DNA of 64,000 bases from Acetatifactor sp. GTDB lineage: Bacteria; Bacillota; Clostridia; Lachnospirales; Lachnospiraceae. This document shows, in pieces, positions 1 through 8,752 of this stretch. Position 1 is the first letter of the stretch. Each line of letters starts with the position of its first letter. The DNA lies in NCBI GenBank assembly GCA_045615205.1, contig JAZLEI010000021.1, forward strand, positions 13,511-77,510, read 5' to 3'. Under the pieces are notes generated by a model. That model searched no databases. It worked only from the letters and a program-made list of their open reading frames with translations, and was not told where the DNA came from. The position numbers and the translations under genes were made by a program.

Positions 1-723
1 GCTTATGCAATTGAACAGAGCCGTAATGCAGCAGAGAGTATGGCTGATTTAACCAAGGAATCCATTGAAGTGGCTATGGAGCTGCTTACGAATTATGACG
101 AAGCAAAGGCGCAAAGAGTTGTCGATTTGGAGGATGAAATCGACCAGTTTGAAGACCAGATAGGTTCTTATCTGGTAAAGATGAGTTCTAAGAATCTTTC
201 AACAGAAGACAGTCATACGGCATCTGTGATTTTGCATTGTATAGGGGATTTTGAACGTATTTCCGATCATGCCAGAAATATCAAGGAGGCTGCACAGGAA
301 ATGTACGAGAAGCAGCTGGAATTCTCGGAAAAAGCAAGAGAAGAGTTGGAAGTATTCAAACGAGCAGTGCATGATATTTTAGAAATGAGTATTCGAAGCT
401 TCAAGGAGCAGGATTTGAACCTGGCAAAGCAGGTAGAACCGCTGGAAGAAGTAATTGATAAGCTGAATCTGGATATCAAACAGAGACATGTCAAGAGACT
501 GCGTAAGGGTAAATGTACCATTGAACTGGGATTTGTACTTTCTGATATTACCACGAACTTTGAAAGAATTTCTGATCATTGTTCTAATGTGGCAGTGTGT
601 CTGTTAGAGGTAAGCGAGGATGAGTTTGATACCCATGCTTATGTGAATGAATTGAAGAAGGATGATAATATCGACTTTAGAAGCAAGGTGTTAGCTTACG
701 AGCAGCGTTATGAGCTCCCATAA
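1..723 (+). CDS. Na/Pi-cotransporter-family protein, C-terminal PhoU-like domains (5' end outside window)
   Basis: Frame of ORF 40..723 stays open back to nt 1. Two PhoU-type repeats each carry the FERISDH motif (GDFERISDHARN, TNFERISDHCSN). Confidence 0.7.
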   Translation, partial: AYAIEQSRNAAESMADLTKESIEVAMELLTNYDEAKAQRVVDLEDEIDQFEDQIGSYLVKMSSKNLSTEDSHTASVILHCIGDFERISDHARNIKEAAQEMYEKQLEFSEKAREELEVFKRAVHDILEMSIRSFKEQDLNLAKQVEPLEEVIDKLNLDIKQRHVKRLRKGKCTIELGFVLSDITTNFERISDHCSNVAVCLLEVSEDEFDTHAYVNELKKDDNIDFRSKVLAYEQRYELP

Positions 724-758
724 ACAGTAGTGGTGAAGTGATATAAGGGGAAATAGAA

Positions 759-1445
759 ATGGCTTTGATTTATGTGGTAGAGGATGACAAGAGTATTCAA
801 GAAATAGAAACTTTTGCACTATCCAGTACCGGCTATCAAACAGAAGGATTTGATAACGCAACAGCCTTTTATGCAGCAATGGATAGGGAAAAACCCAGTC
901 TGATACTATTGGATATTATGTTGCCGGATGAGGATGGTTTGTCGGTATTAAAGAAGCTGCGTCAACAGAAGGAAACACAGAATATACCGGTGATTATGGT
1001 GACAGCCAAGACCACGGAAATCGATAAAGTAAAAGGATTGGATGCCGGGGCGGACGATTATATGACCAAGCCCTTTGGTGTGATGGAATTGATTTCCAGA
1101 GTGAAGGCAGTGCTTCGCAGAACCAAACAAGAGGATCGTGAGCCCATATTGAAGGTGGGAAAAATTTGTCTGGATAGCCACAAGCATTTGGTACAAGTAG
1201 ATGGCGAGAGTTGTGACCTGACTTACAAAGAATATGAGCTTTTGAAGTTGCTTATGGCAAATGTGGGTATTGCAACTACCCGTCAGGAGATTTTGGACAA
1301 GGTTTGGGGAACGGATTTTGAAGGGGAATCCAGAACGTTGGACATGCACATTAAGACACTGCGTCAGAAGCTGAAGGATGAGGGCACGCGTATAAAAACG
1401 GTCCGTAATGTAGGATATATGATGAATTATGAAGAAGAAAATTAA
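759..1445 (+). CDS. OmpR/PhoB-family response regulator
   Basis: Receiver domain (LILLDIMLPDEDG, TKPF) plus winged-helix output domain (YKEYELLKLL, RTLDMHI, VRNVGY). Lies between a PhoU-domain gene and a histidine kinase. Confidence 0.9.
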   Translation: MALIYVVEDDKSIQEIETFALSSTGYQTEGFDNATAFYAAMDREKPSLILLDIMLPDEDGLSVLKKLRQQKETQNIPVIMVTAKTTEIDKVKGLDAGADDYMTKPFGVMELISRVKAVLRRTKQEDREPILKVGKICLDSHKHLVQVDGESCDLTYKEYELLKLLMANVGIATTRQEILDKVWGTDFEGESRTLDMHIKTLRQKLKDEGTRIKTVRNVGYMMNYEEEN

Positions 1446-2760
1446 CATTCGAATTGTATCTTTGGCATTGGTCGCTATTTTGGCGACCATGTTTTTTGTA
1501 CTAATTACTTTTAATGAAATATATGGTCAACAAATGATGGCTGATTTGCGACTGTATAGTAAATTTTTGCAAAGCTATGAAAGCATGGATGAGGTGGCCA
1601 GAGTAGCGACCCATATGGAAGCCGATGAGTTACGAATCACAATACTAAATGAGCAGGGGCAAGTGTTGTTGGATAGTCATTCTGATGTGACAGGTATGGA
1701 TAATCATGCCAATCGACCGGAAATCGTAGAAGCCATGGAAAAGGGCGAGGGTGAAGCAGTACGGCGTTCGGATACCTTGGATAAGAGTACTTATTATTAT
1801 GCTGTAAAGAGAGCGGATGGCAGTATCTGGAGAGTGTCCAGAGATGCCAATAGTATTTTTCGTTTTATTGCCATGGTATTTCCCAGTCTGGTGGTGATTA
1901 TCGGTGCATTATTTGTGATGTCTCTGGTGGTAGCACATTTGTTGACAAAGAATCTGGTAAGACCTATTGAGCAGTTGGCAGAGAATTTGGAGGAATGTGA
2001 AGCGGTAGAGTATTATGAGGAACTGGAGCCTTTTATAAAGATGATACAGGAGCAGCATGCGGACATTTTGAAAAATGCCAAGATGAGACAGGAATTCACC
2101 GCAAATGTTACCCATGAGCTGAAAACGCCGTTGACTTCTATTTCCGGCTATGCAGAACTGATTGAAACCGGTATGGCTTCGGAAAAGGATGTGACACGTT
2201 TCGCACAGGGAATTCGGACCAATTCCAATCGATTATTATCTCTGATTAATGACATTCTGCGTTTGTCGGAGCTGGATTCCGCAGAGGCAGAGATGGAGAA
2301 GACACAGGTAAATCTATATCAGTTGGCAGAAACCTGTGTGGAAATGCTGGATCACAGTGCCCAAAAGCATAAAGTAACATTGGAGTTAGAAGGAGAGAAT
2401 GCTTGGATAAGCGGCAATGCTATGATGCTGGATGAGCTTTTGTATAATCTGTGTGATAATGCCATACGTTACAATAAGGAAAACGGAATAGTAACGATAA
2501 AGGTGAGTTGCGAGACGGAGGGTGTTGTTCTTTTGGTAAGAGATACAGGAATAGGTATTCCAAAGGAGCATCAGGAACGTATTTTTGAACGCTTTTACCG
2601 GGTGGATAAGAGCCATTCCAAGTCTACAGGAGGTACCGGTTTGGGACTGGCTATTGTGAAGCATATTGTAGCAAAGCACGATGCCTGTTTGGAGCTTATG
2701 AGTGAGAGTGGGGAGGGAACCACTATGAAGGTTACCTTTCCGATAGAAAAGAATAGCTAG
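1429..2760 (+). CDS. Sensor histidine kinase (PhoR-like)
   Basis: N-terminal TM segments, H-box HELKTPLTSISGY, N-box LLYNLCDNAIRY, G-boxes DTGIGI and GGTGLGLAIV. Overlaps the upstream regulator by 17 nt. Confidence 0.9.
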   Translation: MKKKINIRIVSLALVAILATMFFVLITFNEIYGQQMMADLRLYSKFLQSYESMDEVARVATHMEADELRITILNEQGQVLLDSHSDVTGMDNHANRPEIVEAMEKGEGEAVRRSDTLDKSTYYYAVKRADGSIWRVSRDANSIFRFIAMVFPSLVVIIGALFVMSLVVAHLLTKNLVRPIEQLAENLEECEAVEYYEELEPFIKMIQEQHADILKNAKMRQEFTANVTHELKTPLTSISGYAELIETGMASEKDVTRFAQGIRTNSNRLLSLINDILRLSELDSAEAEMEKTQVNLYQLAETCVEMLDHSAQKHKVTLELEGENAWISGNAMMLDELLYNLCDNAIRYNKENGIVTIKVSCETEGVVLLVRDTGIGIPKEHQERIFERFYRVDKSHSKSTGGTGLGLAIVKHIVAKHDACLELMSESGEGTTMKVTFPIEKNS

Positions 2761-2778
2761 AGGATTAGGAAAGAAAAG

Positions 2779-2813
2779 AACGCCGAAGGTTTGTAGTATG
2801 TACCTTCGGCGTT
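2779..2813. terminator. Bidirectional hairpin between convergent genes
   Basis: 12-bp perfect stem AACGCCGAAGGT / ACCTTCGGCGTT with an 11-nt loop, between the kinase stop and the minus-strand CNNM gene stop. Confidence 0.7.
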
Positions 2814-2825
2814 TATACGTTATAT

Positions 2826-4145
2826 TTAATTGGTTTTCTCTTCAGAGGGCGTTTCCTCTCCAGATGCCTCCTCTTTATGCTCCGTATCCTCATGGGCAGG
2901 CTCAGGCAGTGTCATTTGAACCTTTTGAATTCGGTTCTGATCGATATCTACAACTGTCAAAATAATACCATTGTCCAAAGAAACTTCTTCGTTTTCCTCC
3001 GGTAAACGGTCTAAGTTCTCGATGATGATACCACCGATAGAGTCGTAATCCTCTGAGTCTAGGGTGGTTCCCAATGCATCGTTGATATCAGCCAGTTTCA
3101 TGCTGCCTTCTACCAGATAAGTGCGTTCGTCGATTTCCTGAATAAATTCTGCTTCGTCGGCATCGTATTCGTCACGAATTTCACCAACAATCTCTTCCAG
3201 CAAGTCCTCTAGGGTAATCATACCGATAGTAGCACCATATTCGTTTAATACGAAAGCTACATTATTGGTTTTCTCGCGCATTTCCAACATAAGGTCAGCA
3301 GTCTTTTTGAATTCATAGGTATAATGTGCTTTTCTTAAAATGTTGCGAACTGAGAAATTTTCTGTGTTCGGAGTAAGTAAGAAGTCCTTTACATTAATCA
3401 AGCCAATGATATTATCCTTATCATCTTCATAAACAGGAAGACGGGTATACATGGAATCCTTAAATACAGAGAATACCTTCTCATAACTTGCGTTTACATT
3501 GACGGAAACCATATTGATACGGGGAATCATAATATCCTTTGCCACAGCATCGGAAAAATCGAATACATTATAAATGATTTCACGTTCTTCTGTTTCAATA
3601 ACACCGTCTTCGTGGCTGACATCCACATAGGTCTTTAACTCCCCCTCTGTCATGGTGCTGACCTTTTGATTCGGGTCAATATGCATTAATTTCAGAATTG
3701 CTTTTGACAGAACATCTACAATAATAATAACCGGTGTAAGGACCTGCATCAGAAAATAAATAATACCGCTGTATGTAAGGGCAATGCCTTCGTTGGAAAT
3801 CTTGGCCCAAGTCTTGGGAACGATTTCACCGAACAGAAGAACTACAATGGTAAGAATACCGGTTGCAACTCCGACTACCAGATTGATACGGATTGCAAGT
3901 GTTGTAGCCAGTGCTGATGCACCAATATTTACAATATTGTTACCGATTAAGATAGTACTGATCATCTTGCTGTAATTGTCCAGAATTTTGTTCACTCTGG
4001 CAGCTTTTTTGTTACCTTCCTCTTCTAAGGCACGCATTTTTACGCGATTCACCGTGCTAAACGCTGTTTCTGCGGAAGAGAAGAACGCAGATAATAAAAC
4101 AAGAATTACAAGTACAATAAGTTGTATGACACCCGAGGCATCCAT
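2826..4145 (-). CDS. CNNM/TlyC-family protein (DUF21 membrane domain + CBS pair + CorC_HlyC)
   Basis: Multi-TM N-terminus, CBS-pair region and C-terminal LLEEIVGEIRDEYD motif. Start set at ATG 4145 (MDASGV...), which has AAGGAG upstream. Confidence 0.85.
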   Translation of the reverse strand: MDASGVIQLIVLVILVLLSAFFSSAETAFSTVNRVKMRALEEEGNKKAARVNKILDNYSKMISTILIGNNIVNIGASALATTLAIRINLVVGVATGILTIVVLLFGEIVPKTWAKISNEGIALTYSGIIYFLMQVLTPVIIIVDVLSKAILKLMHIDPNQKVSTMTEGELKTYVDVSHEDGVIETEEREIIYNVFDFSDAVAKDIMIPRINMVSVNVNASYEKVFSVFKDSMYTRLPVYEDDKDNIIGLINVKDFLLTPNTENFSVRNILRKAHYTYEFKKTADLMLEMREKTNNVAFVLNEYGATIGMITLEDLLEEIVGEIRDEYDADEAEFIQEIDERTYLVEGSMKLADINDALGTTLDSEDYDSIGGIIIENLDRLPEENEEVSLDNGIILTVVDIDQNRIQKVQMTLPEPAHEDTEHKEEASGEETPSEEKTN

Positions 4146-4284
4146 GAAAAAAACCACTCCTTTATTAATATATTTTGCATAAAATAATATAACAAAAATC
4201 ATAGAATTGTCAAGTAATGGGAAGCTGTTGAATATATTTTAATATACTTTGGGGGATTTCAAATGTATGAGAGGAGGAAAAAGA

Positions 4285-4668
4285 TTGAAAAAAATCATAC
4301 GCAGACAAGAAAACGGTATCCCTTGGGGCAGCTTGTTAATATATCTTTTCTGTACCTTTGTGGTGACTGCTTTGATTCTGTTATTATTAGCCATGCTACT
4401 TTATAAGATGAATGTGTCCCGGGAGGTTATTTCCGGTGGGATAATAGTGACGTATGCATTGTCCTGCTTTCTGGGCGGCTTTTTGGCTGGAAAAAGAATG
4501 AAGGAGAAGCGTTTTTTGTGGGGACTTGGAATGGGAGTTGCTTATTTTGTCATACTGTTGATTGTATCAATTGTAGCAAATGGTTCCTTTAAGGAGGTGA
4601 CAGATTCTTTATTTACCACCTTGATTTTATGCGTGGGAGGTGGTATGCTTGGAGGGATGTTAAGTTAA
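4285..4668 (+). CDS. Small polytopic membrane protein (TIGR04086-like; tentative)
   Basis: Several hydrophobic helices and a Gly-rich C-terminus (GGGMLGGMLS). Start set at TTG 4285, 7 nt after GAGGAGG. Confidence 0.55.
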   Translation: MKKIIRRQENGIPWGSLLIYLFCTFVVTALILLLLAMLLYKMNVSREVISGGIIVTYALSCFLGGFLAGKRMKEKRFLWGLGMGVAYFVILLIVSIVANGSFKEVTDSLFTTLILCVGGGMLGGMLS

Positions 4669-4712
4669 CAGACAGTTTTTTTCAAAAAAGTCTTTTAAAA
4701 TTTAACTACATA

Positions 4713-4721
4713 TGTTATAAT
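4713..4721 (+). promoter_or_regulatory. Extended -10 element (TGtTATAAT) upstream of the SCIFF peptide gene
   Basis: TGnTATAAT match about 50 nt upstream of the peptide start. The -35 region is weak. Confidence 0.4.
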
Positions 4722-4771
4722 GCAATATATTCTTGTAATTATGTGATTTAAGAATCTAAGGAGGCTATAAT

Positions 4772-4915
4772 ATGAAGCACATTAAGACTTTGACAACCAG
4801 AGATTTAAAGGAATCTATGAAAAAGGGTGGCTGGGGCGAGTGCCAGACTTCTTGCCAGTCAGCATGCAAGACTTCTTGTACTGTAGGCAATCAGAGTTGC
4901 GAAAAGATTAAATAG
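4772..4915 (+). CDS. scfA: SCIFF six-cysteine peptide precursor (47 aa), not in the ORF track
   Basis: Translation is MKHIKTLTTRDLKESMKKGGWGECQTSCQSACKTSCTVGNQSCEKIK. GGAGG lies 7 nt upstream. Six Cys sit in the C-terminal half, and a radical-SAM/SPASM gene follows directly. Confidence 0.9.
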   Translation: MKHIKTLTTRDLKESMKKGGWGECQTSCQSACKTSCTVGNQSCEKIK

Positions 4916-4934
4916 TCGAAATATTACGACCTAT

Positions 4935-4963
4935 GTAAGCAGCGATTTCAAGTCGCTGCTTAC
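4935..4963 (+). terminator. Hairpin between peptide and maturase genes (probable partial terminator/attenuator)
   Basis: 11-bp perfect stem GTAAGCAGCGA / TCGCTGCTTAC with a 7-nt loop and no strong T-tract. Confidence 0.5.
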
Positions 4964-5000
4964 TATGCGTTTAAGGAAGAAAGGGAATTAGGGTAAAAAA

Positions 5001-6392
5001 GTGATTCATCAATATAAAAGCAATGGGTTAAATATTGTTATGGATATAAACAGCGGTTCTGTACATGTAGTGGATGATATTGTCTACGAAATGATACCGC
5101 TTGTGGAGCCTTTGGTAAGTGAGGGGATTAAGGATGCAGATACTATTAAAGCAGCAGTTTTGAATCTGGCAGACCTGCCTTATCCGGAAGCGGAAATAAC
5201 AGAAGCAGTAGATGAGGTGCTGGAGCTGGAACAGATGGGACAGCTTTTCATGCCGGATGTTTATGAAAATTATATCTTTGATTTTAAGAATAGAGAGACA
5301 GTTGTAAAAGCTTTGTGTCTACATATTGCACATGATTGTAATCTGGCATGTCAGTATTGCTTTGCGGAAGAAGGTGAGTATCATGGCAGACGAGCTTTGA
5401 TGAGCTTCGAGGTAGGCAAAAAGGCATTGGATTTTCTGGTGGCTCATTCCGGCAGCCGTGTGAATTTGGAGGTAGACTTCTTCGGTGGGGAGCCTTTGAT
5501 GAATTGGCAGGTAGTAAAGGATTTGGTGGCTTACGGCAGAAGCTTGGAGGAGCCGAATAACAAGAAGTTCCGATTCACACTGACCACCAATGGTGTATTA
5601 TTAAATGATGATATTTTAGAATTTGCCAATCAGGAAATGTCAAATATTGTTCTGAGCATTGACGGACGTAAGGAAGTGCACGATAAGATGCGTCCTTTCC
5701 GTGGAGGACAGGGAAGCTATGATTTGATTGTACCGAAGTTTCAGAAGGTGGCAGAAAGTCGAGACCAGATGAATTATTATGTACGAGGTACTTTTACGCA
5801 CCACAATCTGGACTTTGCAGAGGATGTTCTGCATCTTGCAGATTTGGGCTTTCAGCAGATTTCCGTGGAGCCGGTAGTGGCTGCCCCGGAAGACGATTAT
5901 GCTATTCGTGAAGAAGATCTCCCTTATTTAAAAGAAGAGTATGACAGATTGGCAAAGGCTATTTTGGAGAGAAGGAAGAAGGGACAGAAATTTAATTTCT
6001 TCCACTTTATGATAGACTTGCAGGGCGGACCTTGTGTGGCGAAGAGATTATCTGGCTGCGGTTCCGGAACAGAATACTTAGCGGTTACTCCGTGGGGCGA
6101 TTTTTACCCTTGCCACCAGTTTGTAGGACAGGAGAAATTCCTCATGGGTAACGTGGATACCGGTATTACCAATACTGATATTCAGAATGAGTTTAAGTGT
6201 TGTAATGTATATGCCAAGGAAGCATGTAAGAAATGCTTTGCAAAATTCTATTGTAGTGGCGGATGTGCAGCCAATGCTTACAATTTCACCAATTCCATTA
6301 ATGGTACCTATGATGTGGGATGTGAATTACAGAGAAAGCGTGTAGAATGTGCAATTATGATTAAGGCAGCAGAAATGATGGAAGAGGAATAA
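5001..6392 (+). CDS. scfB: Radical SAM/SPASM thioether-forming SCIFF peptide maturase
   Basis: CX3CX2C motif CNLACQYC. C-terminal SPASM-type Cys clusters (CGSGTEY...PCHQF, CKKCFAKFYCSGGC). Adjacent to the SCIFF peptide. Confidence 0.9.
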   Translation: MIHQYKSNGLNIVMDINSGSVHVVDDIVYEMIPLVEPLVSEGIKDADTIKAAVLNLADLPYPEAEITEAVDEVLELEQMGQLFMPDVYENYIFDFKNRETVVKALCLHIAHDCNLACQYCFAEEGEYHGRRALMSFEVGKKALDFLVAHSGSRVNLEVDFFGGEPLMNWQVVKDLVAYGRSLEEPNNKKFRFTLTTNGVLLNDDILEFANQEMSNIVLSIDGRKEVHDKMRPFRGGQGSYDLIVPKFQKVAESRDQMNYYVRGTFTHHNLDFAEDVLHLADLGFQQISVEPVVAAPEDDYAIREEDLPYLKEEYDRLAKAILERRKKGQKFNFFHFMIDLQGGPCVAKRLSGCGSGTEYLAVTPWGDFYPCHQFVGQEKFLMGNVDTGITNTDIQNEFKCCNVYAKEACKKCFAKFYCSGGCAANAYNFTNSINGTYDVGCELQRKRVECAIMIKAAEMMEEE

Positions 6393-6409
6393 GCTGTTGT
6401 TTTGATTAG

Positions 6410-8689
6410 ATGGAGGTTATTAAGATGAAGAAAAGTAAGGCGATCGTTGTATTAATCGCGATGATACTGATACTGGTCGGTATTGGCTATGTAGATATCT
6501 GGGGAATTGACGGCAAAGGAAAAGGTAGTGCCTCTGATATTAAGCTGGGTTTGGATTTGGCCGGTGGTGTTAGTATTACATATCAGGTAGTAGGCGAAGA
6601 AGAGCCGGATGCTGTCGATATGAGTGACACCATAGGTAAGCTGCAGAAGCGTGTGGAAAAGTACAGTACAGAAGCGATTGTTTATCAGGAGGGTACCAAT
6701 CGTATCAATATTGAAATCCCGGGCGTTTCAGATGCCAATGCGATATTACAGGAATTGGGTAAGCCGGGTACTTTGTATTTTATTGCAGAGACCGGTTCTG
6801 ACGGAACAGCCAACTATTCCATTAAGCTGATGCAGGGTGAAGACGGTGCCGTGGCTTATGAATATACCTTGGACAAGACTATCGAAGAACTGGAAGCAGA
6901 TGGTTCTATTAAGCTGGTAGGTACTGATGTAGCAGATGCACAGGCAGGTGGTTATCAGGATAGTATGGGGAATCAGCAGATTGTTGTAGAGCTAACCATG
7001 ACTGAAGAGGGAAAACATAAGTTTGCAGAAGCTACAGAAGCTGCTTTTAAGCGTGGAGAAACCTTAGGTATTTATTATGATGGACAGTTTGTCAGTGTGC
7101 CTACAGTTAATGTGGTAATCACAGATGGTGCGGCTATTATTGAAGGACAGACCAGCTTTGAAGAAGCAGAGAAGTTAGCATCTACCATTCGTATCGGTGG
7201 TTTGAAGCTGGAGTTGGAAGAATTACACTCTAAGGTGGTTGGTGCACAGTTGGGTGTAGAGGCTATTGAAACCAGTTTAAAGGCTGGTGCCATCGGTTTT
7301 GTGATTGTAGTGATATTTATGATTGCAGTGTATTTTATTGCCGGTTTGGCTTCTGCTATTGCGCTGGCATTGTATGTGGTGTTGGTCGTATTGTTATTGG
7401 TAGGCTTCGATTTGACACTTACTCTTTCCGGTGTGGCAGGTATTATTCTTTCCATCGGTATGGCCGTGGATGCAAACGTTATTATTTTTGCACGTATTCG
7501 TGAAGAAATTGCAGCTGGTATCAGCGTGAGAACTTCCATTAAGACCGGTTTTGAAAAGGCTTTGTCTGCGATTGTAGATGGTAATATTACGACCTTGATT
7601 GCGGCAGCAGTGTTGTTGTTCTTAGGACCCGGTACCGTAAAGGGTTTTGCACAGACATTGGCACTTGGTATTGTGTTGTCTATGTTTACAGCATTGGTAA
7701 TTACAAAGCTGTTAATCAATGCTTTTTACGGATTGGGATTCCGTGAGGCCAAGTGGTACGGTGTAGCAAAGGAACACAAGACGATTGATTTCTTAAGTAA
7801 GAAGCATTTGTTCTTCGGTGTATCCATTGCCTTGGTAGTGGCAGGCTTCGTGGTAATGGGCATTTATAAGGTGAATACAGGAGATATATTAAATTTCAGT
7901 TTGGAATTTAAGGGTGGTACCGCAACCACAGTTACCTTTAATGAAAGCAAGACCTTGGAAGCGGTCAATGCAGAAATCGTACCGTTGGTAGAAGATATTA
8001 CCGGCAGTGCGGTACAGATTCAAACGGTGCAGAATTCCAATGAAGTTATTTTTAAGACTACGACCCTGAATGTAGAACAGCGTGAAGCTTTAGACCAGAT
8101 GTTTATGACAGAGTTTGGTGTAGGTCAGGAAATGATTACTTCCGAAACTATCAGCTCCACTATCAGTGATGAAATGAAGTCTGATACCATTATTGCAGTG
8201 GCAGTAGCCATTGTATGTATGCTTCTGTATATTCGTATTCGTTTCAGTGATATCCGTTTCGGTATCAGTAGTGTGGTTGCATTGATGCATGATGTGTTGA
8301 TTGTATTGGCATTCTATGCAGTGGCAAGAGTTTCCGTAAGCAATACCTTTATAGCCTGTATGTTGACCATTGTGGGTTATTCCATCAATGCAACTATTGT
8401 AATATTTGACCGTATTCGTGAGAATATGGCAGTGATGACCAGAAACGAAACCTTAAAGGATGCAGTGAATAAGAGTATTACCCAGACCTTATCCAGAAGT
8501 ATTTTTACTTCCCTGACTACCTTTGTCATGGTAGCGGCATTGTATGTATTGGGTGTTACCAGTATTCGTGAATTTGCACTTCCTTTGATGGTAGGTATTC
8601 TCTGTGGTACGTATTCATCTATCTGTATCGCTGGTGCATTGTGGCATGTGCTTCGTATGAAGTTCCCGCCGAAGGTAAGTGAAGAATAG
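6410..8689 (+). CDS. secDF: Protein translocase subunit SecDF (fused)
   Basis: One ORF with a SecD-like half (LGLDLAGGVS, large periplasmic-type loop) and a SecF-like half, each with a 6-TM-type hydrophobic block. Confidence 0.9.
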   Translation: MEVIKMKKSKAIVVLIAMILILVGIGYVDIWGIDGKGKGSASDIKLGLDLAGGVSITYQVVGEEEPDAVDMSDTIGKLQKRVEKYSTEAIVYQEGTNRINIEIPGVSDANAILQELGKPGTLYFIAETGSDGTANYSIKLMQGEDGAVAYEYTLDKTIEELEADGSIKLVGTDVADAQAGGYQDSMGNQQIVVELTMTEEGKHKFAEATEAAFKRGETLGIYYDGQFVSVPTVNVVITDGAAIIEGQTSFEEAEKLASTIRIGGLKLELEELHSKVVGAQLGVEAIETSLKAGAIGFVIVVIFMIAVYFIAGLASAIALALYVVLVVLLLVGFDLTLTLSGVAGIILSIGMAVDANVIIFARIREEIAAGISVRTSIKTGFEKALSAIVDGNITTLIAAAVLLFLGPGTVKGFAQTLALGIVLSMFTALVITKLLINAFYGLGFREAKWYGVAKEHKTIDFLSKKHLFFGVSIALVVAGFVVMGIYKVNTGDILNFSLEFKGGTATTVTFNESKTLEAVNAEIVPLVEDITGSAVQIQTVQNSNEVIFKTTTLNVEQREALDQMFMTEFGVGQEMITSETISSTISDEMKSDTIIAVAVAIVCMLLYIRIRFSDIRFGISSVVALMHDVLIVLAFYAVARVSVSNTFIACMLTIVGYSINATIVIFDRIRENMAVMTRNETLKDAVNKSITQTLSRSIFTSLTTFVMVAALYVLGVTSIREFALPLMVGILCGTYSSICIAGALWHVLRMKFPPKVSEE

Positions 8690-8698
8690 AGATTATCC

Positions 8699-8733
8699 GA
8701 AAGGACTGTTGAAGCATCGACAGTCCTTTCTTT
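8699..8733 (+). terminator. Intrinsic terminator after secDF
   Basis: Stem GAAAGGACTGT / ACAGTCCTTTC followed by TTT. Confidence 0.65.
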
Positions 8734-8752
8734 GAAATAGGGTGAAGAAATA

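Noticed and set aside
7075-7719. Long antisense ORFs inside conserved genes (for example 7075..7719 in secDF, 30174..30812 in the PBP gene, 27689..28151 in rsmH/ftsL, 36066..36482 in murA, 60469..60981 in GH26)
   Set aside because: They are shadow ORFs opposite genes with unmistakable conserved motifs. They have odd amino-acid composition and no RBS.
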